DNA of 64,000 bases, taken from NCBI GenBank assembly GCA_965243025.1, contig CBDETY010000003.1:5760001-5824000 (forward strand), in the 5' to 3' direction. The notes beneath the pieces were generated by a model that saw only the letters and a program-made list of their open reading frames with translations, searched no databases and was not told where the DNA came from. This stretch comes from Candidatus Latescibacterota bacterium. Its GTDB lineage: Bacteria > Latescibacterota > UBA2968 > UBA8231. Made by a program: the position numbers and the translations under genes. Positions 31,082 through 43,339 of the stretch are shown here, piece by piece. The first letter of the stretch is position 1. Every line of letters begins with the position of its first letter.

Positions 31082-33139
31082 ATGCCGGAGACAGCTCGCG
31101 AGCGAGTCCGGCGGCTGGCCCGGCCTTTCGGGAGAGCACTGGCTCCGCACTTCTTCTGTTCCTTCCTGCTGGGGCTTCCTGGTTGCACGGTGAAAAGGCC
31201 CCAGGTTCCGATAATCGATTTAACGGTAAGCATCTCGGTCGCCGACGATACGACGACGATTCGCGACGTCGCCAAGCGCACGGAGTTTCTGCGCATCGAC
31301 CCCGACGACCGCCTGGCTCTCGATTTCGTCAGCGAGTTCGAAGGCGGTGCCGAAATCGGAGACCGCCTGCGAATGACCCTCGAGCAGGGCACGTTTCGCA
31401 CCCGGCTCGGGTCGATTTCGATTCCAGGCCGGGAACTTCCCGTTACCGGGATCTCCCTGGGCCGCATGCTGGGTACGGAGATCCCGGAAACGGACTCGGC
31501 TGTACAGCTGGCGGCAGCCGATTTCGCAACCGAGGTCGGCTTCACACTCGAAGACGCGACTTCGCTTGCAGTCGAGAAGGGAGGCCTCGACCTGTTCATA
31601 CAAAGCAGACTGCCGATGGCGGTCACAACGCGGCTGGTTCTGGTCGACGCCGGCAAAGGGGATGTCGACGGGGAGGAGATCGACCTGGGGAGCATCGCTC
31701 CCGGCGGGTCCGCGGCCGCTTCCCTGGACCTCGGCGGAAAGAAGATTTCGGGCTCCCTGGAATTTCGCGTCACCGGGACCACGGATGAAGCCGAGGTGCG
31801 GATTCAGGGGGAGCCCGCCCTGGAGATTTCGGGCGTTCTGCACGACCTGACGGTCAGCGAGGTTACCGGGGTGATTCCGCAACAGGTTTTCGCCGGCACC
31901 GATTTCCTGGAGATTGCCGACGACCGCATCCAGGCTACCCGGGCCGAGATCAGGGAAGGGGGTGTCACTGTAGAGGTTGTGAACGGTATCCCGGTCCCCT
32001 TGTCCGTTACCCTGACGCTCGACGACCTGCGCGCATCCACGGGAGAGGTTCGCACCTTCACCGTCGACAAACTGCTTCCCGGCGAGGGAAAGCCGGTTTT
32101 CTTCGACCTTGCCGGGAACGAGTTCTCCCCCCTCGATCCGCTTTCGATCCGGCTATCCTGGGAAGCCAGGACGCTGGGGATGGAGACCGGGGCGACCCTC
32201 CGGGCCGAGGACGAGTTGCGGGTAGAAGCACGTCCCGGAACAATACTGTTCAACCGCCTGGAGGGGACTCTGGACAGGGTCGAGCTGCCAATGGAAACGG
32301 TCACAGATACCATCGATTTTCCAGACGGCCTGAATAACGTCGCCTTGAGCTCCACCTCGCTCGCGGTCTACGCGACCTCGGCGGCCGCGTACAGCAGCGA
32401 GCTGAATCTGTCGATAACCGGCACCAACCAGGGTGGGGAAAGCAGCACCCTGCTGGAAACAGAGGTTCTTCCACCGGGGGATCCGGACGACCCGGTCGGC
32501 ATCGCGATCGAACGGGACTCCGAAGACCTGGTCGGTTTCATGAACCTCCTGCCTACCGAAATCACCATTGTCCCGGAGGTCTTCCTCGGTGACGGCGCCC
32601 GCCCCGGCGTGATCGAGACCGGTGACTGGGTCCGGCTCGACAGCCTCGTGTTCGATGTTCCGGGGCGCTTCCGGATCACCGGTGAAACCCGGATCGAGCC
32701 GGATCCGGTTCATCGCGAGTTTTCGGACGACGAATGGCGGCGGCGCATCCGCTCCAACCTCAAGAGCGCCTCGGTCACAACGAAGATCGAGAGCCATATT
32801 CCCCTGGGATTGACGGTAAGCGTCCAGGTCGGCAGGACCGCGGAGGAGGTTTACAGAAACCCGGCACTGACCATACCCGTCGACGGGACCGGCTTCGGCG
32901 TCGCCGCAGCTCTCGTCGACGACCACGGCCGCGTCGTCGCAACGACGCGGTCCGAGAAGGTGGTGGAGCTCACCGCAGAGGATGTTCTGGTCTTCCTGGA
33001 GGAGGGAGGGGTCTACTCCGGAGTGCTCGTGCAGATCGAAAACACGGACGGCGAAATCGAGCTGTTCGGCAGCGACTTCTTCACCGTGCAGGCGGGGGCG
33101 CAGATCTTCATCGAGATGAACGAGAGCCTGGTGGAATAA
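31082..33139 (+). CDS. Hypothetical acidic all-beta lipoprotein
   Basis: SD AAGGAG then ATG; lipobox-like LPGC after a hydrophobic segment; beta-rich, Asp/Glu-rich. Confidence 0.6.
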   Translation: MPETARERVRRLARPFGRALAPHFFCSFLLGLPGCTVKRPQVPIIDLTVSISVADDTTTIRDVAKRTEFLRIDPDDRLALDFVSEFEGGAEIGDRLRMTLEQGTFRTRLGSISIPGRELPVTGISLGRMLGTEIPETDSAVQLAAADFATEVGFTLEDATSLAVEKGGLDLFIQSRLPMAVTTRLVLVDAGKGDVDGEEIDLGSIAPGGSAAASLDLGGKKISGSLEFRVTGTTDEAEVRIQGEPALEISGVLHDLTVSEVTGVIPQQVFAGTDFLEIADDRIQATRAEIREGGVTVEVVNGIPVPLSVTLTLDDLRASTGEVRTFTVDKLLPGEGKPVFFDLAGNEFSPLDPLSIRLSWEARTLGMETGATLRAEDELRVEARPGTILFNRLEGTLDRVELPMETVTDTIDFPDGLNNVALSSTSLAVYATSAAAYSSELNLSITGTNQGGESSTLLETEVLPPGDPDDPVGIAIERDSEDLVGFMNLLPTEITIVPEVFLGDGARPGVIETGDWVRLDSLVFDVPGRFRITGETRIEPDPVHREFSDDEWRRRIRSNLKSASVTTKIESHIPLGLTVSVQVGRTAEEVYRNPALTIPVDGTGFGVAAALVDDHGRVVATTRSEKVVELTAEDVLVFLEEGGVYSGVLVQIENTDGEIELFGSDFFTVQAGAQIFIEMNESLVE

Positions 33140-33155
33140 CCGGAGCTGGAGACAG

Positions 33156-34574
33156 GTGACCGGGAAACCGAAAACCGGCATGGTTTCCATTCGCAGGCGG
33201 GAAATCGCCGCCGCGACAATGCTGACCCTTTCCCTGGAAGGGGCCGTCCATGCACTCAGCGACACCGAACCCCGGGCCCTGGCACTGGGGCAGGCGTACA
33301 CTGCCCTGGCGCGAGGTCCGGAAGCGGTCTTCTGGAATCCGGCAAACCTGGCGCTGAGTGGGGAGCCGGAACTCAAATGGGAGATGCTGGGTGCCGGTCT
33401 TACCCTGATAACGGAAAACAACAGCTTCTCCGTCCGGACCTACAACGAGCACTTCACCGACGACACCCACAGGATCGGGACCGCCGAAAAGGAGAAGCTG
33501 CTCGGGGATATCCCCAAGGATGGATTGAGGTTCAACTCCGACCTCGTACCGTTCCTCTCCGCCGGCCTGCCCGTCAACGGGGGCATCTCGTTTCCGCTCG
33601 GGAATGGAATTCGGGCCGCCGTCGCCACCAACGTTGCCTTCGGAGTGGAGGGGGAAGTGCCGAAGGACATGTTCGAGCTGATGTTGTTCGGCAACGAGTT
33701 CGACCGCCGCTACGAAATCGCCAGGTGGGACGGGTCGTCCTGGCTTGTGGGGGGAGTGAACTTTGCGGGGGCGAAACCCTGGATGCCCGACAGGTTGGCT
33801 CCGCATCTGAGCGAGTTCACCGTTGGCGGGACCCTGAAGATCTCGGGAGGGACCTACGGCGAAATCACCCGGTCCGACGGCGGCATGATCTCACGCATCC
33901 AGGGAACCGACCTGGAGGGGTTTGCACTCGTCCGGCGCAGCGGGGGCATCGGCTTCGGCGTGGACTTCGGGGTGGCCGGCGTCTCCACGGACGGCAGGAC
34001 CACCTTCAGCGCCGGCATGCTCAACCTCGTGGATTTCATCAGCTGGAGCATCGGATCGCGGCAGGACTCGGTGTATGCCAGGGCGACGAGGCTGCGGGTG
34101 ACCCGCTTTCTCGATCCGGACCAGGTCCGGATGAGGGACGTGCTCGAAAACGAGGACATCGACGGGGACGGCGATCCCGATTTTCGAGAGAAGTTCAGCG
34201 AGAAGGGCTTCTCCCGCTCGCTGCCGGCGATGCTGCGCGCCGGGGTCGCGCACTGGCCGATGCCCCACATGACGCTGGTCGGCAACTACGACCAGGCCTT
34301 CAGCGCCGGTTTCGGGATTTCCCCGATGCCCAAGATCTCGACCGGAGCGGAGTACCGGCTGGTTCCCTGGTTTCCGGCGCGAATCGGTCTGTCGATCGGG
34401 GGCCGCAGCAGCAGCACGGGTGTCGGTTTCGCCTTCGGGCCGTTCAACGTCGGCCACGCTCAGTTCGAGTTCTTCGATCTCGCCCTGGTGACCCGCGGGG
34501 GACTGCTTCCGGGGTTCTCGAAAGGCTCGGCCATGTCGGTCATGCTCTTCCGTTTCAACCTGATCAACGCCTGA
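33156..34574 (+). CDS. Outer-membrane beta-barrel of the FadL/PorV/DUF5723-like clan
   Basis: N-terminal hatch motif RALALGQAYTALARGPEAVFWNPANLA; GIGFGVDFG, LPAMLRAG, GAEYRLVPWFPARIG. Confidence 0.7.
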   Translation: MTGKPKTGMVSIRRREIAAATMLTLSLEGAVHALSDTEPRALALGQAYTALARGPEAVFWNPANLALSGEPELKWEMLGAGLTLITENNSFSVRTYNEHFTDDTHRIGTAEKEKLLGDIPKDGLRFNSDLVPFLSAGLPVNGGISFPLGNGIRAAVATNVAFGVEGEVPKDMFELMLFGNEFDRRYEIARWDGSSWLVGGVNFAGAKPWMPDRLAPHLSEFTVGGTLKISGGTYGEITRSDGGMISRIQGTDLEGFALVRRSGGIGFGVDFGVAGVSTDGRTTFSAGMLNLVDFISWSIGSRQDSVYARATRLRVTRFLDPDQVRMRDVLENEDIDGDGDPDFREKFSEKGFSRSLPAMLRAGVAHWPMPHMTLVGNYDQAFSAGFGISPMPKISTGAEYRLVPWFPARIGLSIGGRSSSTGVGFAFGPFNVGHAQFEFFDLALVTRGGLLPGFSKGSAMSVMLFRFNLINA

Positions 34575-34804
34575 AGTTCACAAAGGCCGCGTGTCGTTCG
34601 TCCCGGTACCGCGGCTTGCGGCCGGGGGCGCGATCGTGTTGTTCAGGGTTCCGAGAGATCCATCGCCGGGTGAACGGCTTGCCCGGAATGAACCCCGATC
34701 CCTGCCAATGTGGCACTATCCCTTCCGCGAAAGATCGAAACGAACCGCCTTTGTTTTTTCTTAGTTGAATAAAAACATTGATTTAAATAAAATACCCTCG
34801 CTGC

Positions 34805-34820
34805 GGGAACGGGATTTGCT
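34805..34820 (+). promoter_or_regulatory. Putative sigma-54 (-24/-12) promoter for clpB-degP
   Basis: GGGAACGGGATTTGCT has GG-N10-GC with ACG and TTGC; AT-rich IHF-like site at 34771-34783 and inverted repeat TGCCA-ATG-TGGCA at 34703-34715 upstream. Confidence 0.55.
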
Positions 34821-34892
34821 CAAGCAGAACCAACTGCTTCACCAGGTGTCGAACTGACCAGACCAAACCCGGCTTCGCAAGGGGATCGCCAG

Positions 34893-37520
<2,628 letters not shown>

Positions 37521-37606
37521 CCGGCTCTCTTGGGAACCGATCAGGCTCCCTTTAGTCTTGTATTGCTCGAAAGGCAACAACGAACCAGAATGGAGAGAAA
37601 CCGGAA

Positions 37607-39037
37607 ATGAAAGGGACAGGAAACCGGATGGTCCTCAGAATCGTCCTGGTCGCGGCAGCCATCTGCGCCGCGACGGCTTCCGGCGGACAAACCGCCGCGG
37701 AGCTGCAGAAGTGGAGCGACGGCTTCGCCGAGATCGTTGCCCAGGTGAAGCCGGGGGTGGTTGCGATCTCCACCGAGTCAAAGGCCCGGGTGGCCCCCGA
37801 CACTCGCGGCGCCCCCTTCGAGCACGGCACCCCGTTCGAGTTCTTCTTCGGCCGGCCCCAACCGGATTTTCGGCCGCGCCAGGGACAGGGGTCAGGCGTG
37901 ATCGTCACCCATGGAGGGGAGTATTTCATCCTGACCAACTACCACGTGATCCGCGGCGCTGACGAGATCACCGTCGAGCTGACCGACGAACGCCACTTCC
38001 CCGCCGAGGTGGTCGGTACCGATTCCCTCAGCGACCTCGCGGCCCTGCGCATCGACGCGGACGGTCTTCCCTCGGTATCCTGGGGGAGATCGGCGGATCT
38101 CAGGGTCGGGGAATGGGTGCTGGCGATCGGCAACCCGTTCGCACTGGAGCACACCGTGACTCAGGGGATAGTCAGCGCACTGGGACGGGACCGTTTCAGC
38201 GTTCAGGAATACGGCTCCTTCATCCAGACGTCCGCGGCGATCAATCCGGGGAACAGCGGCGGCCCTCTGGTCAACCTGAGGGGGGAACTGGTCGGCATCA
38301 ACACCGCCATCGTAACCCGCAGCGGCGGGGACCAGGGGATCGGATTCGCCATTCCCGTAGACCTCGCCAGGGACGTGCTGTCGCAACTGATCGAATCCGG
38401 AGAAGTGAGGCGCGGGCTGCTGGGGATAGACATCCGCAACATCGACGCGTTGATGGCGGAAGCGCTGGGAATGGATAACACGCGTGGAGTACTGGTAATG
38501 GGGGTCAGGGAGGGCAGCGGTGCAGAGGAGGCGGGTCTGCAGGTGGATGACGTGGTCGTCGCCGTCGACGGGGACCCGGTGAGGAACACCACCCAGCTCA
38601 AGAGCCGCATCGGGGCCACTCCTCCCGGCACCGAGGTCGAGATCGAGTTTCTGCGCGACGGCAAAGGCAAGAGGGTCTCCGTCGAACTCGGGGAGGTGAC
38701 ACAGGAGGTCCTCGCCAGAGGGCGGTCCGTCGCGGAAGAGGCAGAAGCGGAAACCGCCTCCCTCGGGCTTCGACTCCGCGAACTCACCCCGGAGCTGGCG
38801 GAGCGGTTCGGGTACGACGATACCGAAGGCGTGCTGGTAACCAGGATACGGTCCGGGAGCGAGGCCTTCCGCCGGGGACTGCGCCGAGGCGACCTGATTG
38901 TCGAGGTCAACCGCCAGCCGGTGAGTTCGGTGAAGGAGTACCGCGAAATAATCGAAGAGCTGGATTCCGGCGCCGCGGTATTGTTTCGGGTTCGCCGCGG
39001 GGATGCGAACCGGCTGATAGCCTTGCGCCTTCCGTAG
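37607..39037 (+). CDS. Do/DegP/DegQ family periplasmic serine protease with two PDZ domains
   Basis: Signal peptide; triad TNYHV, DLAAL, INPGNSGGPL; two PDZ domains. Confidence 0.95.
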   Translation: MKGTGNRMVLRIVLVAAAICAATASGGQTAAELQKWSDGFAEIVAQVKPGVVAISTESKARVAPDTRGAPFEHGTPFEFFFGRPQPDFRPRQGQGSGVIVTHGGEYFILTNYHVIRGADEITVELTDERHFPAEVVGTDSLSDLAALRIDADGLPSVSWGRSADLRVGEWVLAIGNPFALEHTVTQGIVSALGRDRFSVQEYGSFIQTSAAINPGNSGGPLVNLRGELVGINTAIVTRSGGDQGIGFAIPVDLARDVLSQLIESGEVRRGLLGIDIRNIDALMAEALGMDNTRGVLVMGVREGSGAEEAGLQVDDVVVAVDGDPVRNTTQLKSRIGATPPGTEVEIEFLRDGKGKRVSVELGEVTQEVLARGRSVAEEAEAETASLGLRLRELTPELAERFGYDDTEGVLVTRIRSGSEAFRRGLRRGDLIVEVNRQPVSSVKEYREIIEELDSGAAVLFRVRRGDANRLIALRLP

Positions 39038-39080
39038 TTCCCCCGCCACCTTCCATTCTTCCGCGTCCCATCGCCAGGCG

Positions 39081-41258
39081 GTGGGACGGCGAACCTTCAA
39101 CCCCTCAGGGAAGATGACGGAAGGCCGTCCCGTCTGGGACAGGGGAAGCTCCCCCGGGCTGTATCTGAGGTCGTCGATGGCGGCCTCCTCTGCAGGAAAG
39201 GTCGAGTTGAACTGCGCCTGTACGGGCCCCTTCGAGCTGCGCCTTGACGGACAGCTGGTCGCCTGCCGCCGTGGGGGGGCGCTGACCGAGCGTCCCCTTC
39301 TCCACCGCATACCCTTGCAGCTCAGGGGTCCGGGTCGCCACACCCTCACCGTGCGCGCCGCCAACCATCCGGCGGTTGCGGCGCCCTGGTTCGCCTGTTC
39401 GGGTCCGGCGGTTTCTCCCACCGCGGGGGACGGCACCTGGACCGTCCGGGCACTCCCCCGGCCCCTCGAAGATCCGGGGGTTGACGAATTCCACGATGCC
39501 GGGGAGGATCCCCTGGACGGCGATGCGGCCGATGCCGGCGACGGCTGGGAGCCGGCGGTCGAGGTGGACGCGGCAGTTCCCGCCACGGTCCGGGAGCCGG
39601 GTGGCATCATGGAAGAGCCGCTGCAGGCAGTCGCCGTGGCGGCCGCGGGGGAGTGGAGCGGCGACTCCCCGGAACCGGAGCGTCTGCAGGCGCTGGCTGA
39701 CTGCAAATGCGTCCATCCCCAGGGCCTGCTTTCCGGCCGCGTCGCGCGCACCATCATCAGGACCGCCCCCTGCAGATCGGTAGTCATCCAGCTCGATCTG
39801 GGGCGCATCGCCAGCGGGTGTCCGGAAGTGCGCCTCGAGACGGAGGAGAGCGGCGGCATCGTCGACCTCTACTTCGGGTACGTCCGCGGCCGCACACACG
39901 CTCAGGTTCGCTACATCGCCCGGGCAGGCAGGCAGGGCTGGCGCGCCCTGCGGGAACAGGCGGGCCGCTACCTGACTGTCCGTCTCAGCGGGTTTGCCGA
40001 GAACTGCCATCTCGAATCGGTGTCCGTTGTAACCCGCAGCGACCCCGGCCCCGAGACGACTGCCACCGTGGAACAGGACGGGATGGTTGCCCCGCACCGG
40101 GTCGGACGGGAAACTCTCGATTCAGTGCGGCAGGAGATCTACTCCCTGCAGCTTCCGCCCCGCCCGTACGACTGGCTGGCGATGCTGACCGCCTTCGTCA
40201 CGGATTTCTACCTCACCGGCAATACTGCGACGGCGCGAACGGTGCTGAGAACGGCAGCCGGCGGCGCCGCCAGCCGGGGCCCGCAGTCCTCGTGGGCGGC
40301 GTTTCCGCTCTTTGTCGAGGCCTACCACTTGTTGAGCGGTGACGGGGAGACCGTGTCGGGGCTGCTGTCGGATCTGCTTTCTCCGGCAGCCGCGGTCCCC
40401 CCGGACCCCGGCGGCGAGGTGCCGACCGCGCAGGCGGCTCTCGCCGCGGCGAGCGCCGCTGCCGCGGGGCGCGTTTGCCGCGGCCTGGGCAATACCGGGG
40501 CGGCCGTGGACTGCCAGGCGGAAGCACGGCGCTTGCGGGACCTGGTGCAGGGGCGCTGGCGCGAACCGGAGGGTCTGTTCCCGGAGACAACCGCCGAGGC
40601 GGCACGGTTCACCCAGTGGTCCAACGCCCTGGTCTTGTACGGCTCCCTGGCGAGGGTGGATCAGAGGGAACGAATCGCCGCAGCCATCGGGAATCCGTCG
40701 CTGTCGCCGGTGGGGGGACTGATCCAGGCGTGGTTTCTCTGCGAAGGGCTGTGGCGCGTCGGTGCCGAACAGCACGCCCTCGAGCACGCCGGGATGCACT
40801 GGGAAGGCATGGCGGCGAGGCCTGGAGAGACCTGGGCGGACCGGGCGCCACGGCCTTCCGCGCCGTACGAGCCGGGGCCTGAGTACCTGGCCGGGGCGCA
40901 CCTGCTCGGGGTAGAGCCGCTCCGACCCGGGTTCGCCGTCGCCCGCATCAGGCCACCCCGCAGCGTCGCCACCCGCGCCTCCGGGTCGGTACCCACGCCA
41001 GCCGGAGATATCGCCGTCTCCTGGAGCCGGGAAGCAGACAGCTTCGATGTCGAGACCGAGCTGCCCGCCAATATCGAGGGCCGTCTGGTCCTGCATCGCG
41101 GCGGCAGGAAGATGCCCACCATCCTGGTCAACCGGGTCACCGTGTGGCGAAACGAGAAGATGTACCCCAACCCCTTCGTGCAGCGGATAGTCGCCGATGG
41201 CGAGGATATCGTACTTGCCCTGACCCAGGGGGGGCGCTCCCGGGTCGAAGTGGTCTGA
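39081..41258 (+). CDS. Divergent alpha-L-rhamnosidase (GH78)-like protein, probably non-catalytic
   Basis: LDLGR beta domain, GRYLTVR, TQWSNAL, LLGVEPLRPGF..ARIRP, GSVPTPAGDIAVSW; catalytic motifs degenerate; start uncertain. Confidence 0.6.
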   Translation: MGRRTFNPSGKMTEGRPVWDRGSSPGLYLRSSMAASSAGKVELNCACTGPFELRLDGQLVACRRGGALTERPLLHRIPLQLRGPGRHTLTVRAANHPAVAAPWFACSGPAVSPTAGDGTWTVRALPRPLEDPGVDEFHDAGEDPLDGDAADAGDGWEPAVEVDAAVPATVREPGGIMEEPLQAVAVAAAGEWSGDSPEPERLQALADCKCVHPQGLLSGRVARTIIRTAPCRSVVIQLDLGRIASGCPEVRLETEESGGIVDLYFGYVRGRTHAQVRYIARAGRQGWRALREQAGRYLTVRLSGFAENCHLESVSVVTRSDPGPETTATVEQDGMVAPHRVGRETLDSVRQEIYSLQLPPRPYDWLAMLTAFVTDFYLTGNTATARTVLRTAAGGAASRGPQSSWAAFPLFVEAYHLLSGDGETVSGLLSDLLSPAAAVPPDPGGEVPTAQAALAAASAAAAGRVCRGLGNTGAAVDCQAEARRLRDLVQGRWREPEGLFPETTAEAARFTQWSNALVLYGSLARVDQRERIAAAIGNPSLSPVGGLIQAWFLCEGLWRVGAEQHALEHAGMHWEGMAARPGETWADRAPRPSAPYEPGPEYLAGAHLLGVEPLRPGFAVARIRPPRSVATRASGSVPTPAGDIAVSWSREADSFDVETELPANIEGRLVLHRGGRKMPTILVNRVTVWRNEKMYPNPFVQRIVADGEDIVLALTQGGRSRVEVV

Positions 41259-41267
41259 GTCGCTGGA

Positions 41268-41924
41268 ATGCCCCTCCATTTCGTCGCGGGGAAATCGCCG
41301 GCGCAAGGTGCTCCACTGCTTGTGCTTCTGCACGGATACGGCAGCGACGAGGGTGATTTGATGGGCTTGGCGCAAGTCCTCGACCCCCGCTTCCAAGTCG
41401 TCAGCGTCCGCGCTCCCCTTCCGCTCCCCGAGGGTGGCTTTGCCTGGTTCACCCTGGCGATGACGGACCGCGGGCTGGCGGTCTCGTTCGAGGAAGCCGA
41501 GGCGGCTCGCGACCAGGTGTGCGAGCTTCTCGACGCTCTCCAGCAACGGTACGAGGCCTCGGGGCGCACGCTGTTGCTGGGTTTCAGCCAGGGGGCCGGG
41601 ATGGCGCTCTACAGCGGCCTCCGGATACCCGGGACCATCGGTGGAATAGCCTTCCTGAGCGGCCTGTTCCTTCCGGAGATGGTACCCGACGGGGGGGCGG
41701 GGGACTCGCTGATCGACACCCCCGTCTTCATGTCGCACGGCCAGTTCGATCCCCTGATCCCGATCTCAAGGGGCAGGGAATCGCGCGACCTGCTGACAAG
41801 CCTGCGGATGCGGATCGTCTACAACGAGTACTCAATGGGTCACGAGATCAATGCGGAGTGTCTCGGGGACCTGCAGGAATGGCTGAGGAAGCGGGCGGAC
41901 GAACTGTGCGGTGCCGGGCGCTGA
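41268..41924 (+). CDS. Phospholipase/carboxylesterase (alpha/beta hydrolase)
   Basis: LLHGYGS, GFSQGA, HGQFDPLIP, MGHEI. Confidence 0.92.
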   Translation: MPLHFVAGKSPAQGAPLLVLLHGYGSDEGDLMGLAQVLDPRFQVVSVRAPLPLPEGGFAWFTLAMTDRGLAVSFEEAEAARDQVCELLDALQQRYEASGRTLLLGFSQGAGMALYSGLRIPGTIGGIAFLSGLFLPEMVPDGGAGDSLIDTPVFMSHGQFDPLIPISRGRESRDLLTSLRMRIVYNEYSMGHEINAECLGDLQEWLRKRADELCGAGR

Positions 41925-42177
41925 TCGAAGCCTCCTGAAAACCTGAACGCCGGTTTGTCCCTGGTGGCCGGGGCGGCGCGGTTCCGTCCAGGACTGGATG
42001 GCCCCTTACCGTTCCCGGGTTCCTGCGAAGTTCCCGGGCCCGTCGGCAACAGGCTCTGAAACAGGTGCCTCCCCAATATCGGCGCCGGACTTTGCGGCGG
42101 GCGCAAACAGGCAGGGGAGGCGTTTTACGAGGGGCCGGCAAGCGGGCAACCACCCGGTTGCGGCGGACCCGGCCCCT

Positions 42178-43188
42178 TCAGATCCAGCCGCTGCTTTCCC
42201 TGCGCACCAGGGAAGCCATGGCGTCGAGCCAGCGGGGATGGCTGTTGAGACAGGGAACGAGGTGCAGACGGCCGCCCCCGGCAGCGCGGAAGGTCTCGTC
42301 GCCTTCACGCCCGAGCTCGTCGAGAGTCTCCAGGCAGTCGGCGGTGAATCCCGGAGCCACGACTCCGAGGCGCCCGCCGCCGCGTCCCAGCTTCTCCAGC
42401 ACATCTTCGGTGTACGGCTGCAGCCACTCCTCCCTGCCGAAGCGGGACTGGAAACCCAGGTGCCAGCGCTCGCGATTCAGGCCGAGGGCCCCGGCCAGAA
42501 GGGCCGCGGTCGTCTCGCACTGAAGGCGATAGGGATCCCCTTCGTCGACGTAGCGTTTGGGAATGCCGTGAAAGGTGATCAGGAAGCGGTCCGGCGGATC
42601 CTGCATGGGGGCGAGGGAATCTTCCACGACCGACCTGAGACTGTCGATGTAGTCGCAGTCGTCGAAGTAGGGGGGAACGAAGCGCAGCGCCGGCATCGAG
42701 CGCCTGCGGTCGAACAGGAACGTTCCGCTTCGTCCCAGAGCGGCTTTCGCGACCGCGTCGTAGACGGATCCGGTGGTCGACGCCGAGAATTGCGGGAACA
42801 TCGGCAGTACCACGATGCGGTCGATCTTTTCCGCCTCCATCCGCCCCATGGCGCTCTCGATGCCCGGCTCGCCGTAACGCATTCCCAGAACCACCCGGTA
42901 GCGGTCTCCCAGACGCTGCTGAAGTCCGGTTTCCTGGGCGCGGGAGTGAAGCAGGAGCGGGGAGCCCTGGTCGGTCCAGACGTTTCGATAGAGGGCGGCG
43001 GAGCGAGCCGGCCGCCGCCGGAGAACGAAGAGGTACAGAACGGGCAGCCATTTCCAGCGCGGCAGGTCGATGACGCGAGGGTCGGACAGAAACTGCTTCA
43101 GGTACGGCCGCAGGGAGGCCGCGCTGGGGGCGGCCGGGGTACCCAACTGGGCGACGAGAACGCCGATCGGGGGTGAAGCTCTACTCAT
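42178..43188 (-). CDS. hemH: Ferrochelatase
   Basis: QLGTP, YLKQFLSDPRVID, GMRYGEP, PQFSASTTGS, FHGIP, FQSRFG.EEWLQPYT, DCLETLDE. Confidence 0.96.
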   Translation of the reverse strand: MSRASPPIGVLVAQLGTPAAPSAASLRPYLKQFLSDPRVIDLPRWKWLPVLYLFVLRRRPARSAALYRNVWTDQGSPLLLHSRAQETGLQQRLGDRYRVVLGMRYGEPGIESAMGRMEAEKIDRIVVLPMFPQFSASTTGSVYDAVAKAALGRSGTFLFDRRRSMPALRFVPPYFDDCDYIDSLRSVVEDSLAPMQDPPDRFLITFHGIPKRYVDEGDPYRLQCETTAALLAGALGLNRERWHLGFQSRFGREEWLQPYTEDVLEKLGRGGGRLGVVAPGFTADCLETLDELGREGDETFRAAGGGRLHLVPCLNSHPRWLDAMASLVRRESSGWI

Positions 43189-43339
43189 GAGGCAGCTGCC
43201 CGTCCGCACCGGAAAAACAGCGTTGATCCCGGCAGTGGGCCGGGGTACCTTGCACCCGCGGAGGCGACGCCGAGGGCTGCGGAAAGCAGGCCCCGGGCGG
43301 GCTCTTCTCCGCAATCAACCAAAGGGAGAACCGACCACC

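Noticed and set aside
34575-34892. CIRCE or HAIR heat-shock operator before clpB
   Set aside because: No TTAGCACTC-N9-GAGTGCTAA or CTTGAGT-N7-ACTCAAG; only an isolated CTCAAG.
41925-42177. ncRNA or small gene between the convergent esterase and hemH
   Set aside because: Only GC-rich hairpins (e.g. 42130-42177), most simply terminator-like; no family features or credible ORF.
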